Assembly (NCBI GenBank): GCA_965227515.1
Contig: CBDDFZ010000001.1
Span: 3,712,001 to 3,776,000, forward strand
DNA length: 64,000 nucleotides
Direction of reading: 5' to 3'
DNA from: Alphaproteobacteria bacterium
GTDB taxonomy: Bacteria > Pseudomonadota > Alphaproteobacteria > CALKHQ01
Under the pieces are notes generated by a model. The model saw only the letters and a program-made list of their open reading frames with translations. It was not told where the DNA came from and searched no databases. How positions within the stretch are numbered: the first letter of the stretch is position 1; each line of letters begins with the position of its first letter. The translations under genes and the position numbers were made by a program. Shown one piece after another: positions 36,034 to 46,897 of this stretch.

Positions 36034-37077
36034 TCAGTCGGCGGGCGCCGGCCCCGATGTTGCGCGCACGACGACCTCGCTGGGGATCTTGCGGCTGGCG
36101 ACGGGAACGCCCTCCTCCACCATGTCCGCCACCATCTCGGCCGCCACCCGGCCAACTTCGTCGGAGGCGACCCGTACGGTGGTGATGGGTTGCGGCAGTT
36201 CGGACATCAGCTCGATATCGTCGTAGCCCACGATCGACATCTGCTCCGGCACACGAATGCCCATGGCCGCCGCTTCCAGAACCGCGCCTACCGCCAGCAA
36301 GGAGTTGCCGCAGATCAGCGCGGTCGGACGTCCGCCGTCGACCAGTTGGCGGAACAGCTTGCGGCCCTCGCCAATGCTCCAGCGGCCCTCGACCGAGGCG
36401 CTGGGCGGTATCGCGATGCCGTAGCGTGTCAGGGCGGCACGCACGCCATCCCGCCGCGCCGCGGCGCGGTCGTTGTTCAGCACCGTTTGCGCCATCAGGC
36501 CGAACCGCCTGTGGCCCAGCGAGACGAGGTAGTCGACCATATCGGCCATCGCCACCGCGTTGTCCGGCCCCACGCACGGGGCGGTCGCATCCTCCAGATA
36601 GACGAAGGAATTCACGATCGGAATCTCGACCCTGGCCAGGAACCGTTCGTACTCCGGCGCGCGCGTGCTGCCGACCAGCACCAGCCCTTCGACCCCGCGC
36701 TCGACCATCTTGCGCGCCAGGCTGAATTCCAACTCGGCGTTGTACTGCGAGCGCGCCAGCAGGAGCAGGTAGTTGCGCGCGGCCAGCGCGTCCTGCATGG
36801 CGTCCATGGCGCGGGCGAAGTCACCCAACGCCAATGCGGGGAAGATCGCGCCGATGGCGCCGTTGCGGTTGGACGCCAACGCGCGGGCGGCGGCATGCGG
36901 CACCCAGCCGAGCTGCTCGATGACCATGCTGACCCGCGTGCGCAAGGTCTCCGACACCAGTTCGGGATTGTTGAGCACGCGCGAGACGGTGGCCGTCGAG
37001 ACCCCGGCAATGGCCGCGACCTGGCGCAGGCCAACCCGCGATTTCCCCCCATTCTCGGCGCTCGGCTTGACCGGCAT
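36034..37077 (-). CDS. LacI-family transcriptional regulator
   Basis: GLRQVAAIAGVSTATVSRVLN HTH; SIVGYDD, PITTV. Confidence 0.93.
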   Translation of the reverse strand: MPVKPSAENGGKSRVGLRQVAAIAGVSTATVSRVLNNPELVSETLRTRVSMVIEQLGWVPHAAARALASNRNGAIGAIFPALALGDFARAMDAMQDALAARNYLLLLARSQYNAELEFSLARKMVERGVEGLVLVGSTRAPEYERFLARVEIPIVNSFVYLEDATAPCVGPDNAVAMADMVDYLVSLGHRRFGLMAQTVLNNDRAAARRDGVRAALTRYGIAIPPSASVEGRWSIGEGRKLFRQLVDGGRPTALICGNSLLAVGAVLEAAAMGIRVPEQMSIVGYDDIELMSELPQPITTVRVASDEVGRVAAEMVADMVEEGVPVASRKIPSEVVVRATSGPAPAD

Positions 37078-37161
37078 GCTCGCTCCGACCTGCTTCGGCG
37101 ATATTGCTGCTCACGAACAACGGGGACGTCGCGATGGGCCCCCGCCGGAGCGTCGAGAGGA

Positions 37162-37192
37162 TAAGAAAACCGCCCGCGAAAGGCGAGCGGGC
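37162..37192 (-). terminator. Probable intrinsic terminator after the 37193-37870 gene
   Basis: Minus strand gcccgc-loop-gcgggc followed by ggttttcttat. Confidence 0.5.
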
Positions 37193-37870
37193 TCAGCCCG
37201 ACATGCCGTCGATCGGCCTGTCCAGCAGGTAGTCAAGCTGATAGAGGCCGCGATTGGCAGGCGATGATGCGCCTGCCGCCGCGAGCGCCGCGTCGGACGC
37301 GATCTCGCCGACAACTTCGCGCAGCGCCTTCGGCACCGCACCTTCCACCAACAGGATCGTCCGCGACGTCTCGTCCGGGCGGTCGCGCATGGCCGATTCG
37401 GCGGACGCACCAGCCGCCGTCTCGTGCCGTGCGAGCAGATGCACCGCCGACACGTCGGTTGCGGCGGCAAGCCGGTCTGCCAGCGGGCGCATGTCCTCGG
37501 CGGGCGCGTCGATGCGCAAGGTGGCGACCGTGCCGGCGGCACCCCGGCCTCGGCTTTCGACGACGCGGCACAGGGTGCGCGCGGTATCCGTGAAATAGGG
37601 CACCACGGCGCGCGTCCATGCCGACGGTGCATTGAGGCGCGCGAGATAGGCCTCGGAGCTGAGTACCTCCGGCGCCGTCACCTCGTAGAAATTGAAGTAG
37701 GCGGGGTGGCCCTGAAGGGCGACGTATCTGCGCGCGCGCAGGAACCCCGGCACCGAAATCCGCTCAGGGATGTGTTCGCTCACATGCCAGCGCAGGAACT
37801 CCCGGTCGAAGCCGTCCGCGATGCCGTTCCAGATCGCCAGCACGCCGGCGCCGCGCAGCCCCCCGGTCAT
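37193..37870 (-). CDS. Conserved hypothetical protein, DUF4286/EthD-like dimeric alpha-beta barrel
   Basis: LAIWNGI..EFLRWHVSEHIPERISVPGFLRARRY..YLARLNAPSAWT. Confidence 0.65.
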   Translation of the reverse strand: MTGGLRGAGVLAIWNGIADGFDREFLRWHVSEHIPERISVPGFLRARRYVALQGHPAYFNFYEVTAPEVLSSEAYLARLNAPSAWTRAVVPYFTDTARTLCRVVESRGRGAAGTVATLRIDAPAEDMRPLADRLAAATDVSAVHLLARHETAAGASAESAMRDRPDETSRTILLVEGAVPKALREVVGEIASDAALAAAGASSPANRGLYQLDYLLDRPIDGMSG

Positions 37871-38367
37871 GCGGATGCCGATGCAGATGCCGCCCCTGTC
37901 GCGGCCTGCGACCCGGACAACTTCTTCGCCCAGCGCATCACGTGGACCCCCACGGCCAGCAACTCGCCCTTCTGGTTCACCGCCTCCATCTTGGCCAGGC
38001 TCTTGCCCGCCTCGCGATCGACCTCGGTGATCTCGTAACTGACGGTCACGGTATCGCCGAGGAACGTGGGCCGCAGGAACCTGATCTTGTCGTAGCCGGC
38101 GGAGACCGGGAAGTCGGTCAGATCCGGCTTGTGGATGATGTGCGCGATGCTGATGGTCGACACCGTGGACATGTACCCGACGATCAGCGCGCCGTGCGCG
38201 ATCCGCGTCCCCAGCGACGACCGCTCCTGCATGTATTGCTCGTTGATATGGGTGTCGCTGAAGTCGCCCGTCAGGCCCGCGAACAAGGTGACATCCACCT
38301 CGCCCACGGTCTTGGCGAACCTGAACACCTCGCCGACTTTCACGTAATCCAGGCCGGAATGCGCCAT
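37867..38367 (-). CDS. MaoC-family (R)-specific enoyl-CoA hydratase/dehydratase
   Basis: Start MAHSGLDY; FAGLTGDFSDTH hydratase motif, RIAHG, FLRPTFLGDT, NQKGE. Confidence 0.88.
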   Translation of the reverse strand: MAHSGLDYVKVGEVFRFAKTVGEVDVTLFAGLTGDFSDTHINEQYMQERSSLGTRIAHGALIVGYMSTVSTISIAHIIHKPDLTDFPVSAGYDKIRFLRPTFLGDTVTVSYEITEVDREAGKSLAKMEAVNQKGELLAVGVHVMRWAKKLSGSQAATGAASASASA

Positions 38368-38459
38368 GCCGCCTTGTCCTCCCTGCTTGCAGGCTGTCGA
38401 GGCCCTTCTGGACCGGACCTTAGCCACTTGATCTGCCGAATGCGCTCTGATAACAGCAA

Positions 38460-38473
38460 TGTAACCGGTTACA
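38460..38473. promoter_or_regulatory. LacI-type operator, perfect palindrome TGTAACCGGTTACA
   Basis: Lies in the divergent gap between maoC and the CoA transferase; identical to the 35934 site. Confidence 0.8.
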
Positions 38474-38519
38474 CGGCAGCCGGCCGGCAGTCAACCGCGC
38501 GCTATCCAGGGGACCGAAC

Positions 38520-40058
38520 GTGAAGATCATTACAGCGGCTGACGCGGCGAAACTGGTTGCGGACGGACATGGCGTGATCGCCAGCGGGTCCGGCGGCGGC
38601 CACGCCGTGCCGGAGGCGCTGCTGGCGGCCCTTGGCGCGCGCTTTGCCGACAGCGGCAGCCCGTCCGGCCTGACGTTCGTGCATGTGGTCGGCATCGGCG
38701 ACCGCCAGACACGCGGCGCCGCCCATCTGGCACAGCCCGGCATGGTGCGCCGCGTCATCACCAGCGCCCTCATCGACTCGCCGGTGTTCATTCCGCTAGC
38801 CCGGGAAAACAAGATCGAGGCCTACACCCTGCCGCAGGGCGTGCTCTCCCAGCTCATGCGCGAGATGGCCGCCGGCCGGCCCGGGCTGATCACTCGCACC
38901 GGCCTGCACACGTTCGTCGACCCGCGCCAGCTTGGCGGCCTGCAAGGCGGCACGATGACCGAGCCGCGAGTCGAGCTGATGCAGATCGACGGCGAGGAGT
39001 GGCTGCGGTTCCGCCCCTTTCAGCTCGACATCGCGTTCCTGCGCGGCACCACCGCCGACGAGGACGGCAATGTCTCGATGGAAGAAGAGGCGATACCGGG
39101 CGAAATGCTGTCCACCGCCCAGGCGGTGCGGCGCATGGGCGGCAAGGTCATCGTCCAGGTCAAGCGGGTTGCCAAGGCCGGTGCCCTGCCCGCCCGCAGC
39201 GTGAAAATCCCCGGCATCTTGGTCGATCACATCGTCGTCGACCCCGACCAGCGCCAGACCTACGCCACCGATTTCGATCCCAGTTACGCCGGCGACATCA
39301 AGGTGCCGCTGCAATCCATCCGCCCGCTGCCGTTCGGGCCGCGCAAAGTGGTTGCGCGCCGCGCGGCGATGGAGCTTCGGCCCGGCGCCATCTGCAACGT
39401 CGGCGCGGGCATTTCCACCGGTATCTCCGCGGTCGCGGCCGAGGAAGAGCTGCTCGACCGCATCGTGCTGACCAACGAGCAGGGCTTCATCGGCGGCGCG
39501 CCGTTGACCGGCGTCGACTCCGGTGCGGCGCAGAACTGGGCAGCCATGGTCGACCAGCCCTACCAGTTCGACTTCTACGACGGCGGCGGCATCGACCGCG
39601 CGTTCCTGTCGTTCGTCGAGGTCAACGCGGCGGGCGACGTCAACATCAGCCGGTTCAACGACACCATCGTCGGCATCGGCGGCTTCGTGAACATCAGCCA
39701 GAACGCGAAGGAAACGGTGTTCAGCGGCACCTTCACCGCCGGCGGGTTGGAGGTCGCCTGCGACGACGGCCAACTGCGGATCGTCCAGGAAGGCAGGCAT
39801 CGCAAGTTCCGCGACCGGATCGAGCAGGTCTCCTACAGCGGCACGTTCGCGGCGCAGGAAGGCCGCAAGGCCGTGTTCGTCACCGAGCGCGCCGTCTTCC
39901 ATCTGGTCGACGGGCGCCTGCGCCTGTCGGAGATCGCGCCGGGCGTGGACTTGGAACGCGACGTGCTGGGGCAGATGGATTTCGCACCCGACATGCCGGA
40001 ACCGCCCCGCCTGATGGACGAGCGCCTGTTTCGTCCGGAGCCGATGGGGCTCGCCTAG
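38520..40058 (+). CDS. Family I acyl-CoA:carboxylate CoA-transferase (YdiF/Pct-like)
   Basis: LPQGV, TGLHTFVDPR, GTTADEDGN, catalytic Glu in TNEQG, FDFYDGGG, TERAVF. Confidence 0.92.
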   Translation: MKIITAADAAKLVADGHGVIASGSGGGHAVPEALLAALGARFADSGSPSGLTFVHVVGIGDRQTRGAAHLAQPGMVRRVITSALIDSPVFIPLARENKIEAYTLPQGVLSQLMREMAAGRPGLITRTGLHTFVDPRQLGGLQGGTMTEPRVELMQIDGEEWLRFRPFQLDIAFLRGTTADEDGNVSMEEEAIPGEMLSTAQAVRRMGGKVIVQVKRVAKAGALPARSVKIPGILVDHIVVDPDQRQTYATDFDPSYAGDIKVPLQSIRPLPFGPRKVVARRAAMELRPGAICNVGAGISTGISAVAAEEELLDRIVLTNEQGFIGGAPLTGVDSGAAQNWAAMVDQPYQFDFYDGGGIDRAFLSFVEVNAAGDVNISRFNDTIVGIGGFVNISQNAKETVFSGTFTAGGLEVACDDGQLRIVQEGRHRKFRDRIEQVSYSGTFAAQEGRKAVFVTERAVFHLVDGRLRLSEIAPGVDLERDVLGQMDFAPDMPEPPRLMDERLFRPEPMGLA

Positions 40059-40239
40059 TTCGGTCTGTTCGCTGCACTCGCATCAAGATAGGGAGCGGCC
40101 CGATACGCGGGAGATCGTCCGCGCACGCATCGGCGATGTGGCACCCAAACCGGCGGACGGCGGCGAGATGGACGCGTTGCCGTGATCCACTTCGAGTCTT
40201 GACCGACGGTTTGCGCTCAGTTGCGGCTGGCCTGCCTGG

Positions 40240-40974
40240 TCATTGCATGAACACGCCACCGTTTACGTCGAGCACCGTGCCGCAGATGTAGCTCGCCGCG
40301 TCGGAACAGAGGAAGGCAATCGGCCACGCGACCTCTTCCGGCCGCGCCATCCGGCCGAGCGGGACCCGCGACAGGTCAACCGGCTGGCCGTCCATCATCG
40401 GCGTTTCCACCGAAGCCGGGGCCACACCGTTGACCAGCACGTTCCCGGGAGCGGCCTGTTTCGCGAGCCACTTCACCAGCGCATGGACCCCGCCCTTCGA
40501 CGCCACATAGTGGGGCGATGCAATCAGCCCGCCCACCTTCCCGGCCACCGAGCCGACCAGGACGATGCGCCCAGACCCGCGCGCCAGCATGCCGGGCAGG
40601 AACGCGCGCGCGGCAATGATCGGCCCGCCCAGATTGACCGCGATCACGCGGTCGAATGCGGCATCCCAGTCCGGCTCGGTCCAGTCATCGAACGGGCAGA
40701 CCGCGGCATTGACGACCAGGGCGTCGATGTCGCCCACATCGGCCGCAACGCCCTCGATCGCGGCACGGTCGGCGGCGTCGGCGACATGGGTCTCTGCCGT
40801 GCCGCCCGATTCCTGAATCTCCTTGGCAAGTCCATCGGATCGTTCGCGGTCGACAAGAACCACGGCAGCACCAAGGCGGGCACACACCCGCGCGGTCGCC
40901 GCGCCGATGCCTGCGGCCGCCCCGGTGATCAGGACCCGGCGTCCGCCAAGCGAGAATGCATCGGGTGTGGTCAT
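40240..40974 (-). CDS. Short-chain dehydrogenase/reductase (FabG-like)
   Basis: Start MTTPDAF; TGAAAGIG, YVASKGG, DVNGG. Confidence 0.9.
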   Translation of the reverse strand: MTTPDAFSLGGRRVLITGAAAGIGAATARVCARLGAAVVLVDRERSDGLAKEIQESGGTAETHVADAADRAAIEGVAADVGDIDALVVNAAVCPFDDWTEPDWDAAFDRVIAVNLGGPIIAARAFLPGMLARGSGRIVLVGSVAGKVGGLIASPHYVASKGGVHALVKWLAKQAAPGNVLVNGVAPASVETPMMDGQPVDLSRVPLGRMARPEEVAWPIAFLCSDAASYICGTVLDVNGGVFMQ

Positions 40975-41989
40975 TGCCCGCCGGCGGCACGGCGCTGCTC
41001 GCGCCGGCGCTGGGTGTAGACCGCGAGCCCGACCGCCAGGATCAGCATGCCGCCGTTGAACAGGTTCTCCACGAAGAACGGCGCGCCGAGCTGGGTGAGT
41101 CCCGACACCGCAACCGCCAGCACCGCGACGGCGAATACGGTGCCCCAGACATTGGGCCGGCCCGGCCTGATGCAGGTCGCGCCCAACAGCGCGCCGGTGA
41201 ACGCCGGCAATAACAGTTCCTGCCCCACCGTGCTCTGGCCGACCCGCAACTGCGCTTGCAGGATGATGCCGGCGAACGAGGCCAGCGTGCCGGAGGCCAT
41301 GAACGCCAGTGTCACGAAGAACGGACGCGAGATGCCGGTGAGTTCCGCCGCGCGCACGTTGTCGCCGATCACATAGAGGTAGCGGCCGAGCGGCAGGTAG
41401 TCGAAGACAACCCACAACACCAGCGCGAACCCGATCACGTAGACCACTGGCATCGGGATGCCAAAGATCTGACCGGAGAGCGCGGCGAACTCGGGCGGCA
41501 GTTCGCCCACCACCTGCATGCCGCCGGTGTACCACTGGTTCAGCCCCAGGATCAGCGTGCCCGACCCCAGTGTCGCGATGAACGAGTGAATGCGCAGGCG
41601 GGTCACCAGAATGCCGTTCGCGAAGCCGACCGCGGCGCCGATCAGCAGACAGATCAGGCAGGCGAGCTCCCAAGACAGGCCCTGCTGGGTCTGCAAGCCG
41701 TTCGCCAGCACCTGCGAAATGCCGAGGGTGGAGGCCACCGACAGGTCGAAATTGTCCGATGCCAGCGGGATCATCACCGCTAGCGCCGCCAGCACATAGA
41801 TCGAGCGGCTGTTCAGCATCGACTGGAAGGTGAAGGCGGTCAGGAAGGTGTCCGGCTTCAGGATCGAGAACACCACGATCAGCAGCACCAGGATGATCGC
41901 CAGGTTCCAGATCGAGAAGAAATGGACGACACCGCCCCAGCCACCGCCCTTGCGGTGTGCGGCTCTTGGATTGCCGTGCGGTGCCCCGC

Positions 41990-41993
<4 letters not shown>
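40971..41993 (-). CDS. Monosaccharide ABC transporter permease (RbsC-like)
   Basis: FDLSV, IHSFIATLG, GRYLYVIGDNVRAAELTGI. Confidence 0.92.
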
Positions 41994-43525
<1,532 letters not shown>

Positions 43526-43547
43526 GTCTAGCGCTCAGTCTGCGGGC

Positions 43548-43590
43548 AAAAAAAGACCTGCGCGCGAAACCTTGCGGCATCGCGCGCAGG
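43548..43590 (-). terminator. Intrinsic terminator between the binding-protein gene and the ATPase gene
   Basis: Minus strand cctgcgcgcga-loop-tcgcgcgcagg followed by tc and T7. Confidence 0.75.
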
Positions 43591-43608
43591 CCGGACGCGG
43601 ATCGGGGA

Positions 43609-44715
43609 TCAGCCTTTGACGCCCCACAGCTCCATGTACGTCTGCTCGTAATTGTTGGACGGGATGAAGGTGTTCTGGTCACCGCCCTCCGCATCCACGT
43701 TGTCGGTGGTCACCAGATACGGATCCTGAACGAAGCCGCTGGGGTCCTGGCCGTTGAACGCACGGTTCAGCTCGTCGACCGCCTGAAATGCCTGCATCTG
43801 ATAGGGCTCCGACACCGTGACCTGCTGGTACTGGTCGCCCGCACGGATGCGCTCGTAGGCCGACTGGTTGCCGTCGGCGGAGACCAGGATCACGTCCTCC
43901 GACGACAGGCCGCCGGAACGCAGTGCCGGCACCTGGTAGTCGGCGGTGTAGTCCGCGACGGAGGTGATGTAGAGCGGCGTGCCGTACTGCTGCACCCATG
44001 AGGTCACGGCCGCCGGCTGGCGCTGCGCCACCTCGGCAATCGGCGAGTTGAAGAACTCCAGCACCTCGCAGCCCTCGCACTCCATGATCCGTTCCTCGGT
44101 GGCGTGCGCCTTGGTGCAGGCAATGGCGTACTCGCAGTGGCTGGTCACCACCACGCGCGCCGTGCCGCCGGAATGCTCGATGATCCAGTCGGCCTGCGCC
44201 TTGCCGATGTCGCGCGGGTCCTGCTGGATGTTGACGAACAGGCCCAGGTCGGGCTGCGGGCCGGGGAACGCGGAGGCGTGGATGCCAACCACCACGATAT
44301 CGTTCTCAAGCGCGGTCTCGATCTGCGGCTGAAGGCTGGCGGCGTCGGCATCCATCACGATGCCGTCGACTTGCAGTGCAATCGCCTGGTTGACCGCCTG
44401 CTGCCAGCCGACCGGGCTGCCCTGGCCGTCGATCACCGTCACTTCCCAGCCGATCGTCTCACCGATGTTTTCGATGTGGGTGCCCCACTCGCGCGACGCA
44501 TCGTTCTGCTGGTTGCTGGAGACGTAGGCGATGTGCTTGCCCTCGGCGATGGGCGGCGATTCCGTCGGCCCACGCCAGTCCGACTGCGGGCCCGCGTAAC
44601 GCACCACGTTCGCCGAAACCTCTTCCATGAAGGCGGCGTCCTGGGCGGTCGCTACGGCCGACAGACCGGCCAGCGCCGCCGCGCCGACCACCGGAATCAT
44701 AAGTACATGCTTCAT
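43609..44715 (-). CDS. Monosaccharide ABC transporter substrate-binding protein (RbsB-like)
   Basis: Signal peptide MKHVLMIPVVGAAALAGLSAVATA; GWEVTVIDGQG; GGGAGG RBS. Confidence 0.88.
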   Translation of the reverse strand: MKHVLMIPVVGAAALAGLSAVATAQDAAFMEEVSANVVRYAGPQSDWRGPTESPPIAEGKHIAYVSSNQQNDASREWGTHIENIGETIGWEVTVIDGQGSPVGWQQAVNQAIALQVDGIVMDADAASLQPQIETALENDIVVVGIHASAFPGPQPDLGLFVNIQQDPRDIGKAQADWIIEHSGGTARVVVTSHCEYAIACTKAHATEERIMECEGCEVLEFFNSPIAEVAQRQPAAVTSWVQQYGTPLYITSVADYTADYQVPALRSGGLSSEDVILVSADGNQSAYERIRAGDQYQQVTVSEPYQMQAFQAVDELNRAFNGQDPSGFVQDPYLVTTDNVDAEGGDQNTFIPSNNYEQTYMELWGVKG

Positions 44716-44806
44716 TCTCGTCCTCCCCACGCGCCCTTGCATCGTCTGCTCGCGAGCGATCGCGACGCGTTGTCTTGTTGACCTGAAGCGGTGTACGGCT
44801 ATCCTA

Positions 44807-44817
44807 CTGTCAGACAG
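44807..44817. promoter_or_regulatory. Candidate GntR/FadR operator CTGTCAGACAG
   Basis: Palindrome with a GT-N3-AC core in the divergent gap upstream of the FadR-type regulator. Confidence 0.45.
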
Positions 44818-44938
44818 CCTGATAGATCAATTGACATGTTGCCCGTAGATGCCAGTCGGCTGTACCGATGCCCCGACCGAAGCCCGAATCTCTTGAGGCA
44901 ACGTCACGCGACGCAACAACATTGGGAGCCATTGGGCG

Positions 44939-45685
44939 GTGCAGCATGATGCGATCCTGAAGCCGATCCGCCGGCGCAAGGTCTACCAGGAAGTGGCGCA
45001 TCGCCTGGAAGGCATGATCGCCGACGGGCAATTCGCACCGGGTGACCCGTTCCTGTCCGAGCGCGAGATCATGGATGCCTTCGACGTCGGGCGGTCCGCC
45101 GTCCGCGAGGCGATGCTGTCGCTGGAGCGGTCCGGCCTGATCAGGGTGCGCAGCGGGGAGCGCGCGCAGGTCACCCGCCCCACCGCCAAGATGATGGTCC
45201 GCGAGCTGTCGACCGCCGCGCGCCTGCTGCTGTCGGAAGACGGCGGCATCGTGCATTTCCAGGAAGCGCGCACGCTGCTGGAAACCGGGCTGGCGCGGCG
45301 GGCGGCGATGATGGCAACCGACGAGGATATCGAACGGCTGCGCCGGGCATTGGAAGCCAACCGCGACAGCATCGGCGACTACGAAGGCTTCAAGCGCACC
45401 GATGTCGCCTTCCACTACGCGCTGGCCGCAATCGCCAAGAACCCGATCTTCCTGTCGTTCAATGACGCGATGGCCGAGTGGCTGACCGAGCAGCGCGCCA
45501 TCTCGGGCCAGGTCAAGGACGCCTTCGAGATTGCGTACAACGCGCATGCCCGCATTTTCCAGGCAATCGCCGCGCGCGACCCGGAATCCGCACAGACTGC
45601 CATGGAAGAGCACATGAGCACGGTGGTGCAGAACTACTGGAAGGCCCGCAGCGAAACCGCCGACAAGGCGACGGGCGACTCCTGA
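44939..45685 (+). CDS. GntR/FadR-family transcriptional regulator (FCD domain)
   Basis: SEREIMDAFDVGRSAVREA wHTH; DVAFH..NPIF..H..I..AI..RD. Confidence 0.93.
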   Translation: MQHDAILKPIRRRKVYQEVAHRLEGMIADGQFAPGDPFLSEREIMDAFDVGRSAVREAMLSLERSGLIRVRSGERAQVTRPTAKMMVRELSTAARLLLSEDGGIVHFQEARTLLETGLARRAAMMATDEDIERLRRALEANRDSIGDYEGFKRTDVAFHYALAAIAKNPIFLSFNDAMAEWLTEQRAISGQVKDAFEIAYNAHARIFQAIAARDPESAQTAMEEHMSTVVQNYWKARSETADKATGDS

Positions 45686-46776
45686 TGGCACGCTACCCCG
45701 GCTCGGAGCGCGAGCGGCGACTGGATGCCGGTGTCTTGCGCGATGGCGTCACTGCCGTGTTCGGCGCCTGCGGCATGGCGTACGACAATGCCTGGACGCT
45801 GGCCGACAGTCTTGTCGGCGCCGACCTGCAAGGCATTCACTCCCACGGTGTGTTGCGGGTGCCGGACTATGTCGGCAAGCTGACCCGTGAGGGGGTCGAT
45901 CCCAAGGGGCGGCCCAGAATCGTCACCGACAATGGCGGCGCGCTGGTGGTCGACGGCGGCAATGCCATGGGCCAGATCGCCGGTGTGTACGCTATGGACG
46001 CCGCCATCGAACGGGCGCGCACGGTCAACGTCGCGCTCGCTGCAGTCGGCGGCAGCAACCATGCCGGCACGATGGAGTACTACACGCGCCGGGCAGCCGC
46101 GGCCGGCATGATCGGGCTCGCCGGCACCAACGCGCTGCCGACCATGGCGCCATGGGGCGGGCTCGACAAGATCGTCGGGCTGAACCCGCTGTCGGTCGCG
46201 ATGCCTACCGCGGCCGGCGCGCTCTTCGTGCTGGATGTGGCGCTGGGCGCGACCGCGCACGGCAAGATCCGGGTCTATGCCCAGAAGGGCGAGCCCATCC
46301 CGGAGGGTTGGGCGTTCGACGCGGACGGCCAGCCGACCACCGACGCAGCCGCCGCGCTCACCGGTCTGATACAGCCGATCGGCGCGTTCAAGGGGCTGGG
46401 CCTCGCCATGATGGTGGGCATCCTGTCCACACTGCTTTCGGGCGCAGGCTACGGCACGGAATCGGGCAACATGGTCGACGGCCCGGTGCCGGGAAAAGAC
46501 GGCCAGTTCTATGTCGCCATCAACATCTCGGCCTTCGTCGATCCGGCGGAATTCGGCCAGCGGATGGACAAGCTGTTGGCGGAGATCCGCGCCAGCCGCA
46601 AGGCCGATGGCGTGGACCGCATCTATGCGCCCGGCGACCTGGAGGACGAGATCGGAACACGGTACCGGGCCGATGGCATCCCCTTGAACGACGAGACGAT
46701 TGCCGGGCTGGCGCGATCCTGCAGCGAGCTTTCGGTCAACGCGGACTGGCTAGAGCTGCCAAACCGGCACGACTAA
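45685..46776 (+). CDS. Ldh_2 family (AllD/ComC/YiaK-like) NAD(P)-dependent oxidoreductase
   Basis: Start at ATG 45685, coupled to the regulator stop; GIHSHGV, SNHAG, GLNPLS, KGLGLA, PGDLE. Confidence 0.9.
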   Translation: MARYPGSERERRLDAGVLRDGVTAVFGACGMAYDNAWTLADSLVGADLQGIHSHGVLRVPDYVGKLTREGVDPKGRPRIVTDNGGALVVDGGNAMGQIAGVYAMDAAIERARTVNVALAAVGGSNHAGTMEYYTRRAAAAGMIGLAGTNALPTMAPWGGLDKIVGLNPLSVAMPTAAGALFVLDVALGATAHGKIRVYAQKGEPIPEGWAFDADGQPTTDAAAALTGLIQPIGAFKGLGLAMMVGILSTLLSGAGYGTESGNMVDGPVPGKDGQFYVAINISAFVDPAEFGQRMDKLLAEIRASRKADGVDRIYAPGDLEDEIGTRYRADGIPLNDETIAGLARSCSELSVNADWLELPNRHD

Positions 46777-46897
46777 CAAATGCACCGCCAGCCCTGCGGC
46801 ACGGCTTCGACAAACCAGTCGTCGATCATCCGGTCGGGGCTGGTGGCCGCGCGTTTGCCCGAAACACCGAGTCGCGGTGACGCGCCATCTCGAGCAC

